From the IMG/VR virus record IMGVR_UViG_3300032291_001597, positions 32,001 to 96,000 of that record: DNA of 64,000 bases; one strand, given 5' to 3'. The notes under the pieces were generated by a model. That model searched no databases and was not told the origin of the DNA. It worked only from the letters and a program-made list of their open reading frames with translations. The position numbers and the translations under genes are program-made. Positions 48,449 to 58,600 of this stretch are shown piece by piece (position 1 is the stretch's first letter; each line of letters begins with the position of its first letter). This DNA comes from a virus.

Positions 48449-51400
48449 ATGGCAATCAATCCGTACGCAGGAGAGAACTCGTTTCTTGCTCGTTCTGCAA
48501 GAGCGAAACGTCAGCGACGCGACCGCAAGGGTCGCTTTGCTTGGATGGGTGGCGCTGCCCGCTTCTTTCTAGCGGTCGAGGGTGTTGGCAAGGGTTTATC
48601 TATTCCAAGTCGCTTTGCTGGCTATGACAAAAAATCTGACTCTTTTGATTTGGAACTTCAGGATGCTGAAGATATTGCCAAGTACGGAAAACTTGTCCGC
48701 GTTCCTGCCTCCAAGGTAGAGGGTCTCAAGGCTTATCTAAATCTTCCTAGCCTCGGCAAGCGAACCCCCACTAACGTTGAGAGCGACGTTCTTGTTAGCC
48801 CAGATGAAATAAAAAAGATTGATGCCCCTTCTGGTTGGAACCTTACTAAGACCGAAAATGGCGTCGAGTTTTATGAGTCTGAAGATGGTTGGATAGCAGA
48901 AAAGTATTCGAATTTAGATGCTTACAAAAAGTCTGGAAAGTCCCCCAACAAGTTCAAGGGTTCTGGCGTAAACGGCGTTCCGCAATCTAGTCAGCCCGTT
49001 TATCACGTTTATCGCAATCCTAAGGCAGATGCCTTGATGTATGACGATTCTGTAAGGTTCGGAGACGTTTCTGTCGCTGCTCAGACTTGGGGCGACACTC
49101 AAGCCGTTGTCGAGAAGTTGGCTAGAAGAAAGTCCGACTCTTTCAAGTCTAATTTGTCTTCTCTGCGTGCTTTGCCTTCGGCTTGGACTGACTATGACCC
49201 CTCTAGTCGTGGCTTGTTTAGTGACACTAAGTGGACGCTGTACAAGTATGAGTCTGGTAAGACCCCGACCCCCGCAAGAATTATGAAGATGTCTTCAATT
49301 CAGCGTAATAATTTATATAAGAAACTTAGCGAAAACCTTCGCAATCCCGAAGCGACCGCTAATTGGTATAAAGATGACCGAACCCTGAGAACCTCTTTCC
49401 AAGTACGTCAGATGCCCGTGAATAGCGCAGATGCTAGGACGGCTTTGAACAAGGCTCGCGTTGAAGGCAAGAAAATACAGACTTTTGATGGGACCAGTAA
49501 GTTGGACCCGAAGGAAGACGTTCTAGAACTTAGTTACTACAAGACAGATGGCAGTGAACCGATTGCTTACTTCCAAGACTGGGAAGATTTAGAGGATTGG
49601 ATTGAGGAAGAACGCTTTTCCGCTAAGGAAAAACTTAAAAAAGAGCAAGAAGCCGCTAAAAATCTAGAGCCTATGCCCAGAAGGGCTATGGAACTCCCAG
49701 ATAGAAGCGATAGCGACATAATTCAGGACTTGGAGCCTGTTTCTACGCCTGCTATCTCTAAATCTTCTTTCTTCAAGACTGAAAATTCAGATTTTGAAGG
49801 CGTTGCCAGTGAAAAAGCAGATAATCCTCGCTCTAGTAAATACATTGACGGTCCAGATGTTGTAAACGAGATAATGAATGAGGCTGCCAAGGTTGCTTTT
49901 GAGCAGGGCAGGTTCCCGATTCCTAGAAAAGGAGGTATCTCCACCTCCGCAGACGGCAAGTTTTTGGCTCCCGACGTCAAGATTGCGTTACAACGCCAAT
50001 ACAAGCGTGTTTTTGACTATTTGAAGGAGTCAAATCCAGACTTTATGGCGAACTATGACACTTTTGATAAGTTTTGGGCTGATGTAGATAAAAATAGCGT
50101 TAGTACGTCTACTCCTTTTGGCGATGGACCAGAAAGTGAGTTCCGTCAGACTGTAAATAAGGCATACGCTAAAGAAATACTTGGGCTAGATGAAGACGGA
50201 TTCATTGAAGTTTATCGAAACTCGATTCGTGGTGGTAGTAGAGAAGGTCAGTCTGAAGTAGACGCGGCCGCAGGATACTCGTCGCTCGACAAAAATATGG
50301 CTTGGGACTACCAAAGCCAAGCCACTGGAGATGGCCCGTTCTCTGGACGTTACTCAATCAAGGTAAAGCCTGAAGAGTATGGCGGAATGATTGGTCATAG
50401 CGGTGGTTTGGATGAATTTGGCGTAGTTCTAGGTAAAAACGTGACCAGTATCGATGGTCGCATAGAAAAGCACGGAAAATTAGAGACTTTACCGATTTTA
50501 GATGGAGTAACTTTCGGTGCTAGGGGCACTGGCGGCGGCCCATACAGATTTTTCAATGAAGGTTTTAGGTTTATTAAGCCAGCGGGCGAGTTTGATTACA
50601 CAAGTTTTGACGACCTTATTGCCCGCGCTGGTGGAAAAGACAAAGTTAGAGCCAAGATTTCTGAATTCTGGCCTAATACCACTTTTGACAGAGTAGAAAA
50701 AGATTCTTTTGGTTTGAATGGCAGTTCTTTCGAGAAATACATAACAAAACTTCCTAACGGCAAGGCTATTTTTAATCCAGCATCCTTGACTTTGACCGAG
50801 TCTGGTTTCGGCGCTGAAGGTATTGACCAGAGGGGTGACCGAATGGACAACGTTCTAAAGGGAGCGTTGGCTTTCCAAGAATTAACTGGTCAAAAAATTA
50901 TTGAGTGGCGTCGCGGTGGGAATCCATTTACCGATAAGAAGGCTTCTACAGCCCCAGAGACGACTGCAACTACCGAGAGGGCAGGAATTAGAGACCTATC
51001 TGGTTTCAAGCCCACAGGAGGTCCTCTAGGGTCTAATGAAGGTGGCACCTACGAAGATGCTAACGGCAACAAAATCTATGTCAAGAAGCCGAGAACAAAA
51101 CTTCACGGAGAGAACGAAGTTCTTGCTTCGATGCTTTATGAACGCTTAGGTGTCAACACAGCGAAAATTCGTTTTGGACGTTTAGAAGATGGCACTGAGG
51201 TAACTTACTCAGAGTGGATTGACTCTAAGAAAGATTTGCGACAAAGGCTGAGCGACCCAGAGTATGTCCAGAAGATTCAAGAAGGCTTCGGTGTGGATGC
51301 TTGGCTTGCCAACTGGGACGTCGCTGGTGGCGCGTTAGACAACATCGTCACTGACAATAACGGTGACCCTGTTCGCGTTGACCCAGGTGGTGCTCTTTGG

Positions 51401-54400
51401 TTCCGCGCTCGCGGTGAAGCGAAGGGTGATGCTTTCGGCGAAAAGGTTGGAGAACTAGACACTCTTACTGACGGAAGCAATCCTCAGTCGAAGTTAGTTT
51501 TTGGAAGTATGACTAACGACGAGAAGCGCGACGCTGTCTCGGACCTTATAAATATTTCTCCTGACGAAATCGAGAGACTAGTAAATCAAAATATCTCTGA
51601 CCGTGGCGTTGCCCAGAAAATGTCAGAGACTCTTATTGCTAGAAGAAAGAACGCTCTAGATAGATTTGGTATATCTGATTCAGTTCCTTTGGCTACCCCT
51701 AGACAAGCACCTTTGTTTGGTCCGAGAAGAGAGCCGAGACATCGCAAGCGTAGAATCAGTGGATACAAATACTTAGTTGACCGCCGTGGCGTCCACTACC
51801 CAAGCAAGCCTCTAAGTGCTCAGGACTATTCTGACCTTAGGGCAGGTAGAGCGATGCCTAAGCATCTGCCTTTTGCTTTTGCTCCTACTAAAAATGGAAA
51901 CGTTCACTACCTAGATAGCAACGGCAAACTCCACTGGGGGCAGTACGGCGCTGCTGGCGCTTTGCTACGTCGCAAGAACCCTGAAGGTGACTACGAGTAT
52001 CTGATGATTCAGAGAGGTAGAACTTCTACTGGACCTGGTAGGTGGTCATCGCCCGGCGGAGCACACGACAGTTTTGACGATTCTCAGAACCCAGAAATTA
52101 CGGCGAAGCGAGAATTGCAAGAGGAAGTCGGGTTGAACCTCGAAGACAGAATTCCTTCTTTTGTTTTGAGAAAAGAAGACGCCCCCGACTGGGCCTACAA
52201 CATGATTGTTTATGACGTTGAGTTTGGAGAGTTTGACAGAATTGCGTTGGAGCGCGACAAAAAAGGCAGGTTAGTTGGAGATGCCATCGACGCTACTTGG
52301 CTAGACATTGATGAAATCAGATACATGAAAGACCGCGGGATGCTTCACGATGGCTTCTCTTCTGACTTGATAGAACAAATCAACGAAGACAACGTCGGGG
52401 CTGGAACGATTGAGTTGATTTCTCCTATTCGTTATGCAAGAAGTAGAGTTCCTCAAGATTTGGGCGTTGAGTTAGTTCCAGCAACTATGGACAACAACAG
52501 AGTAAAAGCGCCTTCTAAGCCTTTTACTGGTTCTGTAGAGCGCGAGTTGGACGGGCTTACTAAGCAGGAAGCCATCGAAAAACTTAGAGGTATGGAAATA
52601 TCTTTCATCGACTTCGAAACCAACGGTATCGACGACTTCGATGGTGACTTGAATGGAAACAGACCAGTTCAGGTAGGTATAGTAAAAGTCAAAGACGGCA
52701 AAGTCATAGACAGACTAAACGTTTATATGAATCCAGGTGCTCCGCTTGGAGAGTGGTCTAGTAAAAACTTGCAGAGAGATGTAGTTGCCCCTGATGGCAG
52801 TAGAACTCCCACTTTAGTTACTGACGCATGGTTGAAGAAACAAATTAGCCAAGATGATGCTCTAAAGCAGATAACTGATTTTATGGGCGAGAACCCTATC
52901 GTTGGCGGTCAAAACGTTTTGTTTGACTTAGAGATTCTTGACCGAATGGCTGGCAACGCTGGTTCCGATTACAAGGTTTCTGGAACTGTTGATTCAATGA
53001 CTTTGGCTGAATATTTATTGCCTAGATACGACTCGACTAAGGGAGTGGACGGACCTAAAAAGAAGAACGCCGACGGCACTTTTACTCCAAGTTATAGTTT
53101 GGGCACAATCACTCAGTTCCTAGGATTTGAACCAACTAAATGGCACAGCGCAGACGGCGACGCCGAAGACTCGGCTTCTATGCTTTCTAAGATGCTCGAG
53201 CGAGCCGAGAATGACGACTCGATTGGTAATGACGCTTTCAACTCGGATTTGAATACAGAACGTTATCGCGATGGACTAGAGAAATATAAAGCCGCCACTG
53301 ACCCAGCCAGTCCTTCTACTATAAAGCAGAACGAGGGTTTGGAAAAGATTTTGGCTAAGTACCCAGCCTCTCCAGAAAAAACAGAAGCACTTAGAGCAGA
53401 CGTAGGGATTGCCACTAGAGGTGGCGCTACTGAAATTATGCAGGAGTATGTAGAGGCTGAAGAGGCAAAGAGAAGGCGCTACGATAACGACCCAGAACTA
53501 GACCAGATTAAGAGGGAAGTGTTTGGCTTGGCTGTAGGTCTGCCGACTGACACCAATGACTCGTCTAATCCTTATCTGCAGGGTCCTATACGTGACTTAG
53601 GTATTGAACTCTTTCCTAACCTAAGCCCATCAGAGAGACCAGAACTAGTTCAGGCAACACCCGAGTGGAAAGAACTGAATAAAAAAGTCACGGCTGCTGG
53701 CGCTGTACTAGGCAAAAAAGTCAGGGATGCTGTAACTGCCGAGCACAAAGAAAACTACGGAACTGACCCGTATCAAGAACTCGAGTCGTTAGATAAAAAA
53801 GTTTTAGATGCTAAAGACTTTTACTATAAGAAACTAAAAAACTCTAAAGCAATCTTTGCTAGATGGCGTAGTGGCTGGTTGGCTAGAAATCGCAATAACG
53901 TTGAAACCGTGTCTGCCCAACTGCTTGCTGAAATGAATAGAAACGAAACACCAAACGACACTAATGCATTGGGACGTTCACCTGAAATTTATGATGAACT
54001 ACTAAACATCAAGGCTAGTTCTGCCAATGACCAAGAGGCGTTAGCCAAAATTTTTGAAGTTTTTGTTCAGAGCAAGGTCTCTGATGAAAAAATATTTCTT
54101 TCGCTAAGGCAGGGGGCTAGAAGTGGAGGTATTAGACCTGGAACCCCAGACCACAACGATTGGCTGGCTCTTTCTGAGGTCTCTATGGCTAGGAACAAAC
54201 TGGATGGACTAAAAACAAAGCAGTCAGATTTGGCAACTAGGGTATCGACTTTACAGGCTATAGAGACTAGAAGACTACTGAGCGCGTTGGGCGTGGAGTT
54301 CAATCACGGTGTCCAGATAGAAGCCCAGTTCGGAAGACCCGGTCAGGTTTTGGCTACTTTCAATCCAGCCACTGAAAAGTGGGAAAAAACATTTTCTCCA

Positions 54401-55219
54401 CTGGATGAAGATAGACAAGAGATGCTTGTCGAAGAATATGGTTTTGAAATACTTGAAGAAAAAAGTGCTAGGGATGCTTTGAATTTTGGAACCGATTCTC
54501 TTCCTAAATCTTTGGTCTCTTTGATTAGTAGGAGAGTATCTAAAAATGGAAACAAACTTCAGTTAAGTGTAAATTCAAGAGGCGGAACTGTAGTTATTAG
54601 AAACGACAGTTCTACTGGAAAAGCCTCTAGAAACCCTTTTCTGGAAGAAATTAGTGCTGACTCGGTTGTTTCTCTGTCGGTAAGTCCTAGTTCGACTGGT
54701 ATGCCTAATGCTGGAGAGATGGGTGGGGCCGCTCTGCACGAACTAACGCACTTGATGGCAGAGACTGTAAAAATGGCTTCTTTCCTAGAGTGGGCAAAAT
54801 TAAGCGAATTAGGTTTAGAGAAAACGAAGCCAGATGGCTCACCTGATGTCCCCCTGATTAGGGCAGACTCGGTTGACAAGTCGGAGGCTGGCTCTTCTAT
54901 TCCTGCCGAATTGATGGACAGAGCAAAAATTATGGCACTAGAAGCGGGCATACCGCTCAGCACTATTCTGAGATACGCTGGAAAGTTCAATACCGACTCC
55001 ACAGGAATGAGGGTTGGCTTTGGGCCTAACAGCAACGGAGAACTTTTGACGACAGTTTTGGAGAGCCTATTGAGTGGTACTACTGGAAACTTGATTAGGA
55101 ACCACGAAACAGAGAGGTTCGAGAGAGACTCGAATTCTCCAGTAGTAGACACTGGCCTAATGGACTGGGGCTTGGCTTCGCTACTATTATTAGACGCATA
55201 CGCTAAGGGACAACTCTAG
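48449..55219 (+). CDS. giant multi-domain protein 1: ART-like, PI3/4K-HipA-like kinase, NUDIX, DEDDh exonuclease, HEXXH
   Basis: VYR..YSS..DEFG; YVKK..E..NWDV..DNI..DPGG; PGG..KRELQEEVG; FIDFET..FD..HSADGD; HELTH. Confidence 0.85.
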   Translation: MAINPYAGENSFLARSARAKRQRRDRKGRFAWMGGAARFFLAVEGVGKGLSIPSRFAGYDKKSDSFDLELQDAEDIAKYGKLVRVPASKVEGLKAYLNLPSLGKRTPTNVESDVLVSPDEIKKIDAPSGWNLTKTENGVEFYESEDGWIAEKYSNLDAYKKSGKSPNKFKGSGVNGVPQSSQPVYHVYRNPKADALMYDDSVRFGDVSVAAQTWGDTQAVVEKLARRKSDSFKSNLSSLRALPSAWTDYDPSSRGLFSDTKWTLYKYESGKTPTPARIMKMSSIQRNNLYKKLSENLRNPEATANWYKDDRTLRTSFQVRQMPVNSADARTALNKARVEGKKIQTFDGTSKLDPKEDVLELSYYKTDGSEPIAYFQDWEDLEDWIEEERFSAKEKLKKEQEAAKNLEPMPRRAMELPDRSDSDIIQDLEPVSTPAISKSSFFKTENSDFEGVASEKADNPRSSKYIDGPDVVNEIMNEAAKVAFEQGRFPIPRKGGISTSADGKFLAPDVKIALQRQYKRVFDYLKESNPDFMANYDTFDKFWADVDKNSVSTSTPFGDGPESEFRQTVNKAYAKEILGLDEDGFIEVYRNSIRGGSREGQSEVDAAAGYSSLDKNMAWDYQSQATGDGPFSGRYSIKVKPEEYGGMIGHSGGLDEFGVVLGKNVTSIDGRIEKHGKLETLPILDGVTFGARGTGGGPYRFFNEGFRFIKPAGEFDYTSFDDLIARAGGKDKVRAKISEFWPNTTFDRVEKDSFGLNGSSFEKYITKLPNGKAIFNPASLTLTESGFGAEGIDQRGDRMDNVLKGALAFQELTGQKIIEWRRGGNPFTDKKASTAPETTATTERAGIRDLSGFKPTGGPLGSNEGGTYEDANGNKIYVKKPRTKLHGENEVLASMLYERLGVNTAKIRFGRLEDGTEVTYSEWIDSKKDLRQRLSDPEYVQKIQEGFGVDAWLANWDVAGGALDNIVTDNNGDPVRVDPGGALWFRARGEAKGDAFGEKVGELDTLTDGSNPQSKLVFGSMTNDEKRDAVSDLINISPDEIERLVNQNISDRGVAQKMSETLIARRKNALDRFGISDSVPLATPRQAPLFGPRREPRHRKRRISGYKYLVDRRGVHYPSKPLSAQDYSDLRAGRAMPKHLPFAFAPTKNGNVHYLDSNGKLHWGQYGAAGALLRRKNPEGDYEYLMIQRGRTSTGPGRWSSPGGAHDSFDDSQNPEITAKRELQEEVGLNLEDRIPSFVLRKEDAPDWAYNMIVYDVEFGEFDRIALERDKKGRLVGDAIDATWLDIDEIRYMKDRGMLHDGFSSDLIEQINEDNVGAGTIELISPIRYARSRVPQDLGVELVPATMDNNRVKAPSKPFTGSVERELDGLTKQEAIEKLRGMEISFIDFETNGIDDFDGDLNGNRPVQVGIVKVKDGKVIDRLNVYMNPGAPLGEWSSKNLQRDVVAPDGSRTPTLVTDAWLKKQISQDDALKQITDFMGENPIVGGQNVLFDLEILDRMAGNAGSDYKVSGTVDSMTLAEYLLPRYDSTKGVDGPKKKNADGTFTPSYSLGTITQFLGFEPTKWHSADGDAEDSASMLSKMLERAENDDSIGNDAFNSDLNTERYRDGLEKYKAATDPASPSTIKQNEGLEKILAKYPASPEKTEALRADVGIATRGGATEIMQEYVEAEEAKRRRYDNDPELDQIKREVFGLAVGLPTDTNDSSNPYLQGPIRDLGIELFPNLSPSERPELVQATPEWKELNKKVTAAGAVLGKKVRDAVTAEHKENYGTDPYQELESLDKKVLDAKDFYYKKLKNSKAIFARWRSGWLARNRNNVETVSAQLLAEMNRNETPNDTNALGRSPEIYDELLNIKASSANDQEALAKIFEVFVQSKVSDEKIFLSLRQGARSGGIRPGTPDHNDWLALSEVSMARNKLDGLKTKQSDLATRVSTLQAIETRRLLSALGVEFNHGVQIEAQFGRPGQVLATFNPATEKWEKTFSPLDEDRQEMLVEEYGFEILEEKSARDALNFGTDSLPKSLVSLISRRVSKNGNKLQLSVNSRGGTVVIRNDSSTGKASRNPFLEEISADSVVSLSVSPSSTGMPNAGEMGGAALHELTHLMAETVKMASFLEWAKLSELGLEKTKPDGSPDVPLIRADSVDKSEAGSSIPAELMDRAKIMALEAGIPLSTILRYAGKFNTDSTGMRVGFGPNSNGELLTTVLESLLSGTTGNLIRNHETERFERDSNSPVVDTGLMDWGLASLLLLDAYAKGQL

Positions 55220-55227
55220 GGAAAATA

Positions 55228-55566
55228 ATGAATGAAATCGCTTATTACAGCATCACTTTGAAAGACGGTAGTGAACTCTACTGGACTAAATCATTTGGGC
55301 TAAACGTCTTCGTAAACTACTTGGAAAATAAGGAGTTAGACGAAACTAGCGACGCTTTTCAGTTGGCGCTTGATGTCGAGGTCTTTATGACATCTGGTGG
55401 GGACTCTTTTTCATTCAAGTATCTTGACGCTAGTATAAAGAAAGACATAAAAGACCCCGTAGCAGTGAAATTAGCAATTCTAAAGTTTTACCCTGACGCA
55501 GTGTTTTCTAGCACCGCGCCTAACACAGATGGTTTCACTAAAAAATCAGGAAACGTAGTCAACTAA
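55228..55566 (+). CDS. small protein between the two giant genes
   Basis: ggga RBS, 112 aa. Confidence 0.7.
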   Translation: MNEIAYYSITLKDGSELYWTKSFGLNVFVNYLENKELDETSDAFQLALDVEVFMTSGGDSFSFKYLDASIKKDIKDPVAVKLAILKFYPDAVFSSTAPNTDGFTKKSGNVVN

Positions 55567-55658
55567 AGGCAAGCAGTCAATAGCAATACAATAAAGTTGC
55601 TATACTGTTTTTTATACAGATTGACGCTGACTGTAGTCGTTTTAGGAGAAATTTTCAT

Positions 55659-58600
55659 ATGACTGACGCTTTCGGGCTGTCCCACCCTGACGACTCGCCA
55701 ATTGTCGCAGCAAGCAATGCTTACTCTGGTAAGAACTCGGCAGCAGCGAGACGTCTTAGAGTAAAACTTCAGCGCCGTGACCGTTATGGCCGCTGGGTCG
55801 AGATGGGTGGCGTACTCAGTTTCAAGGTGCGCGTCAATGGCGAAGTTCAGACCAAGATTGGTCGAGCAGTTGGTGGCTCCCAGCGTGACGGATATATTCG
55901 CGTCGTAATTCCAGAAGGTCAGGGCATTAGACCCGGCACTTACCACATCTCTGAAAAGGTATCCCGCACTGCTAAGGCGATGCTTGGCGAAGAATACCTA
56001 GAAGAAAAGGGCGTCAAGGTCGATGCTAACGGAAACAGTATTGGCGAAGTACTTGACCGTGATATTGAAGATGTTAAGGACCTGTTTAGAGAAGACACTT
56101 CTGACCTAGACCGCGCGCTGCTTGACGGAGTTCTGAGCGAGGACGAAAAGTCTGCCCTAGAAAAGTCACGCAAGACTGCCCCTACCCACAAGTCTTACAA
56201 CGTTGTGGACGAATCTGGTAAGCGCGTCGACGAGGACGAGGTCGGTGGACTGGACTTCACTGACATCGCAGACTCTAGGAACTGGCGTCTACGTAAAAAC
56301 AGGGATGGCTCAATCAAGTCTGGTAAGTACCTTTCTCCAGACAAGAAACTAAGAGCAGAAATCTACCAGACCGAGTCTGGCAAGACCTACATGAAGGTGT
56401 CTTACCCTTCAGATAAGAACCTAATTGAGAACGAAGAGGTTGGTGCTCTTACCGAGGACGACCTACTTGGTGACTCTCGCAACCTAAGCACTGGCTACGG
56501 ACGTTCGCTAGATAGCGTCGACAAGACCGTGAAGGGCGCTAAAGCCGTTCTACCTGCTCCAGATAAAGAAGAGCAGAAGAAGATTGACGCAGAGCGCAAG
56601 GCTATGGAGGACTTGGTAAAGGCTTCGCCAGTGCGCGAGTCTTACGCTATGCCAGAACTTTACATGGCTGAAGCAACTGACGACGAACTCTTTGCTCGAC
56701 TAAAGTCCTTGGAAGAACGAGACACCAACAATGACTCGCTATTTATTAAGGATGGAGAAATCCGCAACCTTAGGGCCGAGCGCGAGAGCGTAATTATTGA
56801 CGACATCCGTCGTGAACTAAAGGGCCGTGGCTTGGCTATTCCTAAGTCAGTAAAGCCTGCTAAGCGTCCACTAAAGAAGCCAGCAAAACCTTCGGAGCAA
56901 CCAGACAACTGGCTAAGCGCCCCTAGCCTCCGCGTTGGAGACCAGATTGTTGACGCTGACGGCAAGCGTAAGAAGATTGCTTCCATCACCCCTGAGCCAG
57001 AAGGCGACCGCGCACTAATCAAGTTCGCTGATGGTAGCGAAAGAATGTACGAGGGTGAAGAACTTGTACAGATTGCTAGCAAGAGCCTAATCAAGGAAGA
57101 CGTTCCAGTAGAGCCAGTTGCACCTAAGTTCCCTGACGCTAACCGCTCTAACGTTTACGACAACGCTGCCAAGGCTCTTGGCATTACGCCAGAAGAACTC
57201 AAGGCTGACGAAAGAATCTTTGACGCTGTAGAGCACACTTCGGACCTTATCGACAAGCGCCAAGAAGACGCTTTGCCAGAGTTTATGGGCGAAGACGGGA
57301 CCACCAGACTCTACAGTTCTTTGACTGATGCTATTGCTAAGCACTACGCACTGACTAAAAACGGCGAACTTTATGAGCCAGAGCCTTTGGGCAGAGATAA
57401 CAAGGATTTGCTGGAGAAGGCTCGCGCTGGCGGGGCAACCATCAATCCGCTCAGCCGACGCAACAGGCTTCAGGGCTGGGCCGTCGCTGTTAGAGGCAAC
57501 AACGACGAGATTATTGACACCGTGGCTCTTGAGGACGGTATCGGCGACCTACTTATGAATGACTATGTCAATAGAAACATTGACAAGTTTGGCGGAAACA
57601 AGTATCTTGGTCTTTGGCACGATAAAAAGAACCACGAATTGGTATTTGACGTCAGCGAAGTTTTCAAGGAGACTGATGTTGAGGCAGCAACCAAGGCTGG
57701 GCAAGATAGAAACCAAAAAGCCATCTTCAACCTAAGAACTTGGGATGAGATTGAAACAGGAGGAACTGGAGACAATGGAAGAGCAAGAGAAGAGCGTGAA
57801 TCAGCGCGTCTGGGCGGAGATAAGCCCAGAGGAGTGGAAGAACCTGAGCCAGCGAGAGCAGATTCTGCGGATGAAGAGCGCACGCCTGTCTCTGATTCAG
57901 GAGTCGACGGAGCAAGAGCCGAGGACGAGCAAGGACTAAGCGATAATCTTCGCGAACTTCCTTCTTATCTTCGAGACAACCTATTAGAACTCTTACCTAC
58001 TGGCATTTATGAGTCAGACAAGAAATCTATTGGGGAGAACATTGACAGGCTAGAGAACTCTCTTGATAAGGGTAGTTCTGCAATTACTCAGGCTTTGAAG
58101 GCACTAAGCCGTTCTTTGGCTAAAGCAGAGAAAAAGCAAAACGAAAAAGACGCCGACAACCGAGAGGTCGCTGACCTACTCGACGAAACTATTATGCAGG
58201 TCTCTCTTGCACACAACTACGCTAAGTCAATTACCGTAGCACCTTCGGCACCTGGTCAACCAGAAGGTAAACTAACTCAACCGGGTAGCGCAAGTAGCAG
58301 AAGGATTAGCCCTTCTAGCGACGGTAGCGAATTCATAGCAGTTCCTAGGATGGCTAGGGATTCTGGTGGAGGCACTGACGACTCGATTTCTGATTTGTCA
58401 GATATCGTTGACGACACTGACCCAGAGATTGTTCGCCAACTTAGGGCGATGGATTTGGCTGTTGATTATGACAGTCTTAGTGATTCTCAAAAAAATACTT
58501 ACAACAACCTAAAAACTTTCCAAGAGAAGGCGGTTAGGGCTTTAACTATTTCTGCCGTCTCAGACAATATGGAAAAGTACAAGCGCCAGCGCACGATTGC

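Noticed and set aside
47861-55219. Calling these ORFs a capsid maturation protease or major capsid protein from position alone
   Set aside because: No recognisable HK97/S21 protease or capsid motifs; the capsid gene probably lies beyond the window.
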